From IMG/VR virus record IMGVR_UViG_2703718856_000009, positions 1-35,532 of that record: a stretch of DNA of 35,532 bases; one strand, 5' to 3'. This DNA comes from a virus. Taxonomy: Duplodnaviria > Heunggongvirae > Uroviricota > Caudoviricetes. Under the pieces are notes generated by a model that searched no databases, was not told the DNA's origin, and saw only the letters and a list, made by a program, of their open reading frames with translations. How positions within the stretch are numbered: the stretch's first letter is position 1; each line of letters begins with the position of its first letter. Below, in pieces: positions 1-9,108 of the stretch. A program made the translations under genes and the position numbers.

Positions 1-321
1 AAGTTGGAGTCATTACCTGAAAATACAACCACTATCGCCCCGTTAACGCCATATGATAAATGGGATGGTGAGAAATGGGTGACGGATACTGAGGCACAGC
101 ATAGCGCCGCAGTAGGTGCAGCAGAAGTACAGCGCCAGTCTCTGGTTGATGCTGCTATGGCTTCCATCAGTCTGATTCAGCTGAAATTGCAGGCCGGACG
201 TAAACTGACGCAGGCAGAAACAACCCGCCTTAACGCTGTGCTGGATTACATTGACGCGGTGACGGCAACAGATACCAGCACCGCGCCGGATGTCATCTGG
301 CCTGAACTGCCGGAGGCGTAG
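1..321 (+). CDS. Tail fibre assembly protein, alternative copy in invertible segment (5'-partial)
   Basis: C-terminal region ...[30 protein letters not shown] is typical of Tfa chaperones. Frame is open to the window edge and converges on the - strand tfa. Confidence 0.7.
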   Translation, partial: KLESLPENTTTIAPLTPYDKWDGEKWVTDTEAQHSAAVGAAEVQRQSLVDAAMASISLIQLKLQAGRKLTQAETTRLNAVLDYIDAVTATDTSTAPDVIWPELPEA

Positions 322-712
322 GCCATTCAATATCGAGTGCTGTTGAAGTATTAACACGCATCAATAGCACGCGATATTTTTTCCATGCCAGTAACAGTTT
401 CGTTTCATCATCTGTTGCCATACCTAAATCAACCGCATCCTGAAGCGGCGCTATTACATTCGTTGCCTCTGCTATCAGTGCAGATTTCTTTTCATCATTT
501 ATTAAGGCTAATTGTTCTGGTGTTGGAGAAGGACGGTCAACAATGACAGGGTGACCATTCTCACCACAGGTAATCATTTTTGTTACACTCTGCGAATTAA
601 TCAGTGTTTTCCACTCTGATTCCGAGATTTCCACTGCATCATCAGGAATATTGGTGCCGTGAAATTCAGTCGAATAAAATCCGTTTGTCGATGCAGAATA
701 AAAATATGACAT
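293..712 (-). CDS. Tail fibre assembly protein (Tfa)
   Basis: Tfa-like C-terminus (..[45 protein letters not shown]..). Start taken as internal ATG at 710-712, 5 nt after the tail fibre stop, not the ORF-track start at 808. Confidence 0.75.
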   Translation of the reverse strand: MSYFYSASTNGFYSTEFHGTNIPDDAVEISESEWKTLINSQSVTKMITCGENGHPVIVDRPSPTPEQLALINDEKKSALIAEATNVIAPLQDAVDLGMATDDETKLLLAWKKYRVLLMRVNTSTALDIEWPTPPAVQAR

Positions 713-716
713 TTCG

Positions 717-1367
717 TTAATATCCCATTGCAATGTAATACGCATCAGCAGATGAACCATATCCTGAACCGGGCGACACTGTAATATCAAATCCAGTGTT
801 ATGGACATTTGTCGCCGATACAGTCGGCTGCCCTGACGCGCCAGTAACGTTCAATGTAACTGTGACAGCAAGGACTCTTGAGAATGTCATCGGGAACCTC
901 ATCCCGTATGTTGAAGATACATTAGGGGAGCCATTCAACTGACCGCACTGTAAAATTAATCCAGACGGAAATTTTTGCGCAGCAGCCGTTGCGGTATTAC
1001 TTGACGCGAACAGGCTCATATCAGGTATCTGATTCGCCCCTGTACCTACATTCCTTTTAGCTGCTTCTCCCAAACCAAGGTTTTCGAGAGCCGTTTTCAC
1101 CGTGCCATCCGATTTGATATCGCCAAACGGATTCTTGCGGCTTAACAGCAGCGCGCGAAGTGCGGTAAGCAACTGATCGTGCCGCCCCTTCTCCAGGCTG
1201 GCACCGGATGCCTCCACCACGCTGCAAAGCTCCTCCTGCAACATGTCAAAGTAGTCATCATCCAGATCGGTGGCAGGCGTGCCAGTCTGGGGGTTACCAC
1301 GGGTAAAACCGTTCTTACCCGCGCCGAACTTATCCTTCTGCGCGGTTTTCGTGTCTATACGATGCAT
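717..1367 (-). CDS. Tail fibre protein, 216 aa (constant N-terminus plus invertible C-terminal part)
   Basis: Last structural gene before tfa; start abuts the stop of the upstream tail gene. An invertase crossover-like site lies at codons ~93-101. Confidence 0.7.
   Translation of the reverse strand: MHRIDTKTAQKDKFGAGKNGFTRGNPQTGTPATDLDDDYFDMLQEELCSVVEASGASLEKGRHDQLLTALRALLLSRKNPFGDIKSDGTVKTALENLGLGEAAKRNVGTGANQIPDMSLFASSNTATAAAQKFPSGLILQCGQLNGSPNVSSTYGMRFPMTFSRVLAVTVTLNVTGASGQPTVSATNVHNTGFDITVSPGSGYGSSADAYYIAMGY
1065..1090. other. Site-specific DNA invertase crossover site (hix/gix-like), inside the tail fibre gene
   Basis: TTCTCCCAAACCAAGGTTTTCGAGAG: imperfect 12-bp inverted half-sites around a central AA; the AACCAAGGTTTT core matches my recollection of Hin hixL. 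It encodes ALENLGLGE in the fibre. Confidence 0.6.
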
Positions 1368-1370
1368 GGA

Positions 1371-1955
1371 TTACTCCGGATATTTAAAAATCACATAGGT
1401 ATGCGACGGGCAGAGTTTGTTAAGCACACACTCGACAACGGTGTCCCCCCAGAAGCGCAGCGCGGAATCACAGGGATCGCCACATGTCATCCAGGTGGTG
1501 TTGGTGGCGACTGGCATGTTGACCTGCCAGTAATACCGCCATTCCGGCGCATTCACCGCGTCAGTACAGGCAGATGAGCAGGTGAACGTGCTTTTGTCGT
1601 ATCGCGTGATGGTAGCGTCTGGTCTGCCCAGGGCAGCAAGCTGTGCAAGGTAAAAATCCTCATTGATGCCGCCCGCCAGGTTAACCTTCGCATCCAGTCG
1701 TTGCTGACGCTGGCGAAGGGTCTGTGTCCCTGCGGGAATACATTCATCCGGCAGACCGCACAGACGCTCCCAGCGGTTTATCAGTTCAGTGGTGGTGTGC
1801 GGATCCAGCTCCCGCATCAGGGCATCCGCACGCTGATGAACGCGGGTTAATGACGGTGCCGCACCGGCAATCGCCGGATCTCTGGCTGACCACGCCGGAC
1901 CGGGTGGCAACAGTGCCGACAACAGACGGATGTAATCATCGTTTGTCACGTCCAT
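1371..1955 (-). CDS. Mu gp48-like tail/baseplate protein
   Basis: 194-aa ORF between the baseplate J-like gene and the tail fibre, in Mu-like tail gene order. Confidence 0.65.
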   Translation of the reverse strand: MDVTNDDYIRLLSALLPPGPAWSARDPAIAGAAPSLTRVHQRADALMRELDPHTTTELINRWERLCGLPDECIPAGTQTLRQRQQRLDAKVNLAGGINEDFYLAQLAALGRPDATITRYDKSTFTCSSACTDAVNAPEWRYYWQVNMPVATNTTWMTCGDPCDSALRFWGDTVVECVLNKLCPSHTYVIFKYPE

Positions 1956-3004
1956 GAAATCGTCCCCAGTACCGCCAGTTCATTTTTTGCAATGGAGATA
2001 TTGTCCGCCGGTGCAAGCAACTGATGGCTGTATTCCCCGTTCGCACCGGAAATCGCTTCACTGATACGTGACACCTTCAGTTCTCCCTGCGGATAACCAT
2101 CACGCAGCAGGAACGAACGCAACTCGGCGGTAATGGCAGCCCGTATTTCCGGTGTGTCCGGCGTCACACGGATATGAAAATCCACTTTATGCGCCACCGG
2201 CCTGAATACATACAAATCAGAGCCTGCCACCGGGGCCAGTGGCCCGATATGTTGTCTTGCCGCCGTTTCCGTTGATTCTTCCGGAATGGGATTAATCAGG
2301 TCACTGCCGGCAATCATCACACCGACAGTCCCCGTTCCCATCCAGTGTCGGTATGTCCATGCGCGGGTAATGCCGGGCACTTCTTTAGCCCAGACGACAT
2401 AGTCCCCGTCAGCCCCGCCCTGAGGCGTCCAGTAATACCGCTCAATGACGCGGGCGCGCCACGTTTCCAGCTCTTCAGTATCAAATCCACCTGTCAGGGT
2501 ATCTGCCACGCCGGAAGACGGCAGACCATTCACCGGCGTGACCAGGATTAATGACGTACCGTCGTCAGCGTTACCGACCGCGCCTGCACTTGAGCAGGCG
2601 ATCGGCACGCGCAGGACACCACCGGTGCTGGTTGCATCGGCAGTTGCCGTGTACTGCACCAGGTCATCGCGCTGAATAACACTCCCGGCGGTCACCTTCA
2701 GGCCATCGCTGACACCTTCCCAGCGCATATACCCGCTGGCAGCCGTGGCCCCCTTGCGCGGACACCGTTTCATCGCAGCATGTCGCGCCAGCCAGGACTC
2801 ATCGCACAGGTCAGGCAGCATGTTCATTGCCAGATAATCGATGTAACCGTAAACCGTATGCAGCGCCGCCGCATACACCTTTGCCCGCACGTCTTCATCC
2901 ATGCGCCGGAGCGTGTCGCTGACGTCCAGCCTGGCGAATAAATCGTTACGGAGCATACTGATATTTTCTGCCAGCGTCGGGCGCTGAAATTCACTGTCCG
3001 CCAT
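1946..3004 (-). CDS. Baseplate J-like protein (Mu gp47-like)
   Basis: 352-aa ORF in baseplate position; call by size, synteny and sequence character. Confidence 0.8.
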   Translation of the reverse strand: MADSEFQRPTLAENISMLRNDLFARLDVSDTLRRMDEDVRAKVYAAALHTVYGYIDYLAMNMLPDLCDESWLARHAAMKRCPRKGATAASGYMRWEGVSDGLKVTAGSVIQRDDLVQYTATADATSTGGVLRVPIACSSAGAVGNADDGTSLILVTPVNGLPSSGVADTLTGGFDTEELETWRARVIERYYWTPQGGADGDYVVWAKEVPGITRAWTYRHWMGTGTVGVMIAGSDLINPIPEESTETAARQHIGPLAPVAGSDLYVFRPVAHKVDFHIRVTPDTPEIRAAITAELRSFLLRDGYPQGELKVSRISEAISGANGEYSHQLLAPADNISIAKNELAVLGTISWT

Positions 3005-3419
3005 GCGTTATCGCACTCCACAGATCATCAAAAGAAATCATTACTGGTCCATCACGACGCCAGAGGGTGATACTGTTACCCAGCTCATTAATCCCGGTGC
3101 GGCGGATATCCAGATCAATACGGGACACCACGCCGTCATCAATCATCCATTGCAGGCATTCGCGGATATATCCCCTTACCGTCTGCACCAGCTGATTGGT
3201 CAGTTTGCTGCGCTGAAGCAGCCACAGTCGGGAGCCGTAACGGTCATTCTGTACCGCAGGCCAGGTATCCCCCCACCATCCCATCGGGACGTCGGCGTTG
3301 TCATCAGGCTCCGCCCGCCGCCAGGTAAACAGGGAAATCACCACGGCGCGGGTCAGCGGATCCAGCGGTGCGCTGGCGCAGGTGCGTTTACCGTTCACCG
3401 TCAGCCACAGTTCCATCAT
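2991..3419 (-). CDS. Baseplate protein (Mu gp46-like)
   Basis: 142-aa ORF overlapping its neighbours, in Mu-like order. Confidence 0.7.
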   Translation of the reverse strand: MMELWLTVNGKRTCASAPLDPLTRAVVISLFTWRRAEPDDNADVPMGWWGDTWPAVQNDRYGSRLWLLQRSKLTNQLVQTVRGYIRECLQWMIDDGVVSRIDLDIRRTGINELGNSITLWRRDGPVMISFDDLWSAITHGGQ

Positions 3420-3964
3420 GCCTCCATCGCTTTATCAGGTTTGTCGGTGTTACTGCCCTGACCGTTCTCTCTGTGACGATGCCCGTTATAGGCAAGCCGC
3501 ATCGCTGACATGGTGGTGCCGCCGGAGTCGCACAGGTCTTTCACCTGTCCTGTCACTTCCAGGTCCATTTCAAAACGTGCCTTAGGCGCATTGCGAAACG
3601 TGATCGTTTTACCTGCACCGTCCACCACGATCCCCTCCCGGGTCAGCGTCACAGACTGCCCCTGATCGTCATAGACAGCCACCTCACCCGTCTGCAGCCC
3701 TTTCAGGCGGTAGCGCCGGTCCGACACCGTAACAACCACCGCATGAGAACGGTCGCCATCCGGAAACAACACCACCGCTTCCGCACCGCTGTTTGCCCTT
3801 GCGGTAAAACCGTAGGGTTCAAGATGTTCAATCCCGGCTTTGGGTTCACCGGCAATCAGGGACACATCCACGGTCTGACATTTCGTGGCGGCACTGATGC
3901 TTTTCACCACTGCCCGCCCAATCAGGCCGAGGAGTTGTCGCTGCATGGCTTCAATCGTCCTCAT
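3416..3964 (-). CDS. Baseplate assembly/spike protein (gpV / Mu gp45-like)
   Basis: 182-aa ORF in the expected position of the Mu-like tail module. Confidence 0.7.
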   Translation of the reverse strand: MRTIEAMQRQLLGLIGRAVVKSISAATKCQTVDVSLIAGEPKAGIEHLEPYGFTARANSGAEAVVLFPDGDRSHAVVVTVSDRRYRLKGLQTGEVAVYDDQGQSVTLTREGIVVDGAGKTITFRNAPKARFEMDLEVTGQVKDLCDSGGTTMSAMRLAYNGHRHRENGQGSNTDKPDKAMEA

Positions 3965-5043
3965 CAGAACGGGTCCTCCTGTACTCTGGCTTTTTTCTTT
4001 TTCCGCGCGCCGGGGGCTTCGGGTTCAGGCAGATAAGCATCAGGCGGGCCGACACGGATTTCCGTCAGGGTGCCGTTCTGGTCCTGAGTAAACGTGACTT
4101 CCGAAACAAGCAGTTCGGTATTGTCGAAACCACAGACCGGATCAAAGACAATCACCCGCTGGTTGGGCTGCCACAGCGTACCGTTACCCTGTCGCCAGCC
4201 CTGCACCACATAGGTGGTTTCATCCGTCCGCGCCGCCCGTTGCCGGGCTTCAAAGTCAGCACGCGCAATACAGCCTGCCCCCGTAGCCTGCCCTGTCTGC
4301 CTGATATACATCGGACGGTAACGGGCAATAAATGCGTCCTCTGTGCGGGCCCGCAGCGCGGTGGTGGTGGCCTCACCGAAATCATCGTCGTTTCCGGCAC
4401 GCTGCCCCGCCACCTGGTAAACAGAAAATCGCTCCCGGATACTCTTCTCCGTATCGCAGGAAAGGATGTTTTCCCCGAGTACCAGCGCAGTATGTGCCCG
4501 CGTTGAGCCAATACCGCCAATCACCAGCCTGCCGTGCGGGTCGTCGTAAGCCAGTGCCTGCTGCTGACCGAGTATTTTGTTGATTACCTCAATCACCGTT
4601 TCACCGTGATCAGGCTGAACATCAGGAATAACACCCGACGGCGCACCGCTGTTCACCACCTCAATGCCGAAAGGCGCAGCAAGCGCCTGCGCAATCTGTA
4701 CCAGCGATCGTCCGTTAAACTGTGTCGGTTCGGCTGCACAGTCAATCAGGTCAGCGGTCAGACTGCGTCCGGCAATACCGGTGCTGACCGAACGGGCATC
4801 GTAACGAACGGGCGTCGCCTCCACCCAGCCGGTGATCACCAGCTCATCACCAATCAGCACCTCCACTTTTGAACCGTTTTTAATGCGCGGCTGAAGCGTG
4901 GTAATACCCTCATCTCCCGGCCACTGGCGGGTGATCTCCACACTGAAATCCCGCGCCAGCCGTTCAATACCGGCACCGATGCGCACCGATGTCCAGCCAT
5001 TCCACTCCCGGCCATTTACCCGTAGCGTGACATTGTCGTTCAT
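3964..5043 (-). CDS. Tail/baseplate hub protein (Mu gpP / P2 gpD-like)
   Basis: 359-aa ORF between the N-like and spike genes. Confidence 0.75.
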   Translation of the reverse strand: MNDNVTLRVNGREWNGWTSVRIGAGIERLARDFSVEITRQWPGDEGITTLQPRIKNGSKVEVLIGDELVITGWVEATPVRYDARSVSTGIAGRSLTADLIDCAAEPTQFNGRSLVQIAQALAAPFGIEVVNSGAPSGVIPDVQPDHGETVIEVINKILGQQQALAYDDPHGRLVIGGIGSTRAHTALVLGENILSCDTEKSIRERFSVYQVAGQRAGNDDDFGEATTTALRARTEDAFIARYRPMYIRQTGQATGAGCIARADFEARQRAARTDETTYVVQGWRQGNGTLWQPNQRVIVFDPVCGFDNTELLVSEVTFTQDQNGTLTEIRVGPPDAYLPEPEAPGARKKKKARVQEDPF

Positions 5044-6416
5044 TGCACTGGCACCTTCAGAGGGATCACCGGCACAAAGCCGGGATGCGTAATGGCATTA
5101 CGCCGGATAATGTCCGCGTCACGCGCCGCGTTATCAAACCAGGTCGCCGCCAGCACCAGCGCGGGTAAAACCTCATCCGGTGTGCGCTGAATGATCCGTG
5201 CAGACTGTTCAAGGCGCGTGTTGATATCCGCATTCAGATCTGCTTTCACCCGGCGCAGCGCCAGAAACAGCGCATCGCTGGTTGTACGGGACAACTCCTT
5301 ATCAATTGCCGTATTCAGTGTGTCGCGAATGTCAGTCAGTTCTTCCCACGTCGGCAGGTCAACCGTGTTTTTCACCGCCGGTGCATTGTTCAGTGCCGGA
5401 TGCGTGACGGAAGGCCAGCAAGTGCTCTGCGCGGGTGTTGTTGCCTGCCCCACTGCGGCATTCTGCATCACCGCGGAAGTTGTTGGCGCAGGCAATCGGG
5501 TGACGGCATACGCCGCTTCGCTGATTGCGGTCGTACGAAGGGTGCTGGCAACCACGTTACGCTGCTGCGTCGCCGTGGCGGTGGTTTTACTGTCCGTTTT
5601 CCAGACGCCGCGGGGTTGCAGATCGCTGCCGAGGCTGACACCGGAAAGCGTTTTGATCATGGTGACCAGGTCGCTGGCGTTACCATAAAGGCGTTTCCCG
5701 GTACGCCACATTTTCTGCACCTGCTCAACGAAATTTTTGCCTGACGATGGCGGCGGCAGAAGTACCGAGATATCCCCCTGCAACAGCCTGGCGGCATCCG
5801 ATACGGCAGAATCCACCACTTTCATCGCATCAGAAACATACCCCAGCATTATGCTGGCATTACCGATAACGTCGTTCTGCACGAAATCCGCCACACCATC
5901 GATACTGAAACCGCTGAAGCTGTCACTGATGCAGTCATCCAGTGCAGAACAGGATGACATCAGCGTCTGCGCCGTCGCCGCACCTGATGTGGGGTAAGAG
6001 AGTTCTCCCGCTTCGACAAACTTCAGGTCAAAGCGGACAATACGCCCTTCACTCTTCGATGTGCTGACCCGAACTTCTCCGTCAACACAGACTTTCAGCT
6101 CACCGTATGTCGGATGGACAAGCGTGCCGGGACCGGGTTTATTCAGCGCGTCAATCAGGCGATCGCGCTGGTCAAAGCAGTCATCTCCCACCACATAAGC
6201 CGTGATGGACGGGCGAAAAGTGATTTTCCCCAGGTCTTCGGTATAGGGTTTGTCGCGGTTCGGGTATTCATGTGTTTCCACACGGCGACCGGTTCCCGCA
6301 CTTTCTTCTTCAACCTTAAACGGCACGCCGCGAAATGACGCGTCCTGAAGTCTGTCACGCCAGCCTGAAGACGACGAAAGTAATGAAGGTCGGGTGGGAA
6401 ATGAGGATAAATCCAT
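5040..6416 (-). CDS. Mu gpN-like DNA circularisation protein
   Basis: 458-aa ORF immediately downstream of the tape measure gene, as in Mu. Confidence 0.75.
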   Translation of the reverse strand: MDLSSFPTRPSLLSSSSGWRDRLQDASFRGVPFKVEEESAGTGRRVETHEYPNRDKPYTEDLGKITFRPSITAYVVGDDCFDQRDRLIDALNKPGPGTLVHPTYGELKVCVDGEVRVSTSKSEGRIVRFDLKFVEAGELSYPTSGAATAQTLMSSCSALDDCISDSFSGFSIDGVADFVQNDVIGNASIMLGYVSDAMKVVDSAVSDAARLLQGDISVLLPPPSSGKNFVEQVQKMWRTGKRLYGNASDLVTMIKTLSGVSLGSDLQPRGVWKTDSKTTATATQQRNVVASTLRTTAISEAAYAVTRLPAPTTSAVMQNAAVGQATTPAQSTCWPSVTHPALNNAPAVKNTVDLPTWEELTDIRDTLNTAIDKELSRTTSDALFLALRRVKADLNADINTRLEQSARIIQRTPDEVLPALVLAATWFDNAARDADIIRRNAITHPGFVPVIPLKVPVQ

Positions 6417-6440
6417 AGACTGACCTCAAAAAGGACTGCG

Positions 6441-7031
6441 TTATCGTGGAAAACGAAAAGGGGAATACCCCACATCGTGCGTGATTTTCATCAGGGGATC
6501 GGCTTTGCCCGGTACATCAATTATCTTCATACCTGGCGGAGCATTCTCGAACGTGACTTTCAGCTCGCTGTGCTGTGTCATGGAAGAAGATGGATTCAAC
6601 AGCGGAACATTGGGTTTGTACTGGCTCAGGCTGGCCTGATACTGCTCGTACTCTTTACGATCAAAAAAAGGCGTCCAGTCTGAAGCCAGAAACAGCCCTT
6701 TATTATCCAGCCAGTTAACCGTATCTTCAGGAACAACACTTTCCAGAGTATCTTTAACCGGCTCATACATCAGGGTTCCCAAAAAACCATATACCCCGGC
6801 CTTCCCGATAAAGCCGCGGCCTTTCCCCATCAATCCCGTTTCTGCCGATACCTTCCCCAGCGTACGCATCTCTCTGGTCACTGCGGTAATGGATTTGGTA
6901 ACGTCAGCAACCCATTTGGTTGCCATAAACAGGGCAATCGCTTTCAGAACAGTTTCCCATCCCCCCATCACCTGCGCCGTTTCATCCACCACGTGCCAGA
7001 CTTTTTTATGACAGGGCCTACGGTTTCCCAA
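6441..7031 (-). CDS. Tape measure protein, C-terminal part (frame-shifted relative to 6968-8347)
   Basis: Reads on from the upstream ORF after a 1-nt frame change at the T6 run 7002-7007 (A6 on the coding strand). Confidence 0.65.
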   Translation of the reverse strand: MGNRRPCHKKVWHVVDETAQVMGGWETVLKAIALFMATKWVADVTKSITAVTREMRTLGKVSAETGLMGKGRGFIGKAGVYGFLGTLMYEPVKDTLESVVPEDTVNWLDNKGLFLASDWTPFFDRKEYEQYQASLSQYKPNVPLLNPSSSMTQHSELKVTFENAPPGMKIIDVPGKADPLMKITHDVGYSPFRFPR

Positions 7032-8347
7032 TTATCAATAATGAGGTAAGCGCCACCAACCAGAAGAGCAATCAGCCCCTTAGCAGGCGTCATATTCATC
7101 ACACCGCCGAGAACTTTCATGATTCTGGACAAAGAGCCTGCAGCGGCCCCCACTGTCAGTAAAGCCAGACCGATTTTAGCAATGGTCTTAACGAGCTCCG
7201 GGTTTTCACGGACAAACGTTCTCACTTCCTCAAGGAGCGGTTTTACCGCTTCAAGACCATCATTAACCTCAGGAAGAAACGTTTCCCCCAGCGTGGAAGA
7301 AATGGCATCAAGTTGATTTTGCAGAAGTAAAAGCTGGTTTTCCGTCGTCGCTGCCCTCGAAGCATATTCCTTCTGCATCGAACTGCCATACTGCTGGGAA
7401 TCCGCAACCCGCCTGAAGTTGGTACGCAACAAATCAAGGTTAGTCAGCAGAGGTGCTATCGCGCCCAGAGACTCTTTCCCGAACAGGGCATTCAGCACAG
7501 CTGCCTGTTTTTCTTTAGGCACTTTAGCCATCGCATCCAGTACAGACAGCATGGTGCCCCGGGCATCTTTCTGCATATCAGCAGCTAATTTCTTCGGATT
7601 GATCCGCAGAAAACGCAATGCCTGTTTCTGCGATTTTGTCGCAGAATTTCCCGCGGTCAGGGAAAGCATGAAGTTCTTGATCCCTGTGGCGGCAATTTCT
7701 GACTCCACGCCCATCCCGGCAATGGTTGCCCCCATTGCCGCGATTTCGCCGGAAGCCACACCTGCAACACCACCTAAAGGACCAATACGCGTAACAATAT
7801 CGGAGATTTTCTTCGCGTTCGCCGGGCCGGTATTACCAAGGTAGTTGATTTTGTCAGCCAGCCCGGCCACTTCATCCTGCGTCATATTAAACGCAGTACG
7901 CCACTGGGCCATCATCTGCCCGGACTCTTCAGCCGTGGTATCAAAGGCCACGCCCATCTTCACCGCATCAGTGGCAAACTGCATCAGTTCATCACGTGCA
8001 ATCCCGGCCTGACCGCCAGCCGCCACAATTTCCGCGATCCCGTCTGCAGACATGGGAAGCTCAGTAGACAAAGCGCGTACCTGCTCCGTCATGGCCTTAA
8101 ACGCATCCGGCGTATCCAGACCGTCCACCACTTTGCGGACATCAGCCATCTTCGATTCAAGGGTGATGGCTGATTTTACAGGGAGTGCCAGTGCCCCCAT
8201 TATTGCAGTACCCGCCCCGGCAGCGCCCAGAGCAAGGCTGGAGACTTCTTTCTGAAATCCCTTAAGCTGACGCTGCATACCTTTAAGCGGGCCGGACAGC
8301 CTGTCAACAGCGGTGATGATGGCTTTCAGCTGAAAATTATCAGCCAT
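6968..8347 (-). CDS. Tape measure protein, N-terminal part
   Basis: 459-aa Ala/Gly-rich ORF downstream of the tail chaperone; runs into the A-run frameshift. Confidence 0.8.
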   Translation of the reverse strand: MADNFQLKAIITAVDRLSGPLKGMQRQLKGFQKEVSSLALGAAGAGTAIMGALALPVKSAITLESKMADVRKVVDGLDTPDAFKAMTEQVRALSTELPMSADGIAEIVAAGGQAGIARDELMQFATDAVKMGVAFDTTAEESGQMMAQWRTAFNMTQDEVAGLADKINYLGNTGPANAKKISDIVTRIGPLGGVAGVASGEIAAMGATIAGMGVESEIAATGIKNFMLSLTAGNSATKSQKQALRFLRINPKKLAADMQKDARGTMLSVLDAMAKVPKEKQAAVLNALFGKESLGAIAPLLTNLDLLRTNFRRVADSQQYGSSMQKEYASRAATTENQLLLLQNQLDAISSTLGETFLPEVNDGLEAVKPLLEEVRTFVRENPELVKTIAKIGLALLTVGAAAGSLSRIMKVLGGVMNMTPAKGLIALLVGGAYLIIDNWETVGPVIKKSGTWWMKRRR

Positions 8348-8431
8348 GCTTCATCTCCTCATTTATACGGACAGCCTCTGCCTCCAGATCAGCAAAGTGG
8401 GAAATAGCCGTCCGGCGAAGTTCAAGGGGGT

Positions 8432-8755
8432 TTAATTTCCAGAACCACGCGACATTGTAGAATCGCTTCCGGAGCTCTCTTCCGTCTCCAAGCCGGTAAA
8501 AAAACGCATTACAATCATGCCTGCCTTGAAAATATCCAGCTTCGTCATCTGCGCTGCAGACGAGCGCGGGATCCCGGCCAGAAGCGGGATATATTTCAGC
8601 GCCACCTGACTGTCCATTTTCATACCACCATCAGGCGAAACAGAGAAAGGGAACCCCAGCGCCTCAATCTCGTCATACGTAGGCTCACGTATTTCCAGCA
8701 CATGCAGTGTTTCTTTGTGGGCGATGATCGGTTTTTTAAGTACAAGCTCAATCAC
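8432..8755 (-). CDS. Tail assembly chaperone (lambda G-like; Mu gp41-like)
   Basis: 107-aa ORF between tube and tape measure. A -1 frame stays open from the slippery site down to the tape measure start. Confidence 0.75.
   Translation of the reverse strand: MIELVLKKPIIAHKETLHVLEIREPTYDEIEALGFPFSVSPDGGMKMDSQVALKYIPLLAGIPRSSAAQMTKLDIFKAGMIVMRFFTGLETEESSGSDSTMSRGSGN
8498..8504 (-). other. Candidate programmed -1 frameshift slippery heptamer (T TTT TTT on the coding strand)
   Basis: Seven A on the + strand, phased as T_TTT_TTT in the chaperone frame; the -1 frame continues ...LRRTAISHFADLEAEAVRINEEMKHG and stops over the tape measure start. Confidence 0.5.
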
Positions 8756-9108
8756 TGGTAATCCCCTTCTTCACCGTGGAACTCAAGATCAACCGTGCCT
8801 TCTTCGGCATTATGGTTCGCTTCGCCGTGCAGCCAGGCAGACGACAATACATAGACCTGACCGTTCGCCAGCTCGGCAGTGATGGTCATCTCATCAGACG
8901 AGGTGATTTTGCTCACCGGAAAATTCTTCGGCACCTTGAAGGTCCCTTTGACATAAGGCGCACGGTGAGTTTCCTTGCGGTCCACTGAACCGTCCAGGCC
9001 GATGATGTCATCATTGACCGTCCTGTTCATGGGCACCTCAATGCCGCCGGTCAGCGATAGCTGCTGACCGTCAATTTTGAAATAACAGGTTCCCCCGATA
9101 CGGGCCAT
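8752..9108 (-). CDS. Tail tube protein
   Basis: 118-aa ORF directly after the sheath gene (sheath-tube pair). Confidence 0.8.
   Translation of the reverse strand: MARIGGTCYFKIDGQQLSLTGGIEVPMNRTVNDDIIGLDGSVDRKETHRAPYVKGTFKVPKNFPVSKITSSDEMTITAELANGQVYVLSSAWLHGEANHNAEEGTVDLEFHGEEGDYQ

Noticed and set aside
3003-3461. Long + strand ORFs antisense to late genes (also 1179-1577, 4534-4872, 10791-11396, 13676-14110, 15301-15876, 17226-17624)
   Set aside because: They lie wholly inside well-supported - strand structural genes, lack RBSs and have low-complexity translations; shadow ORFs of GC-rich coding DNA.
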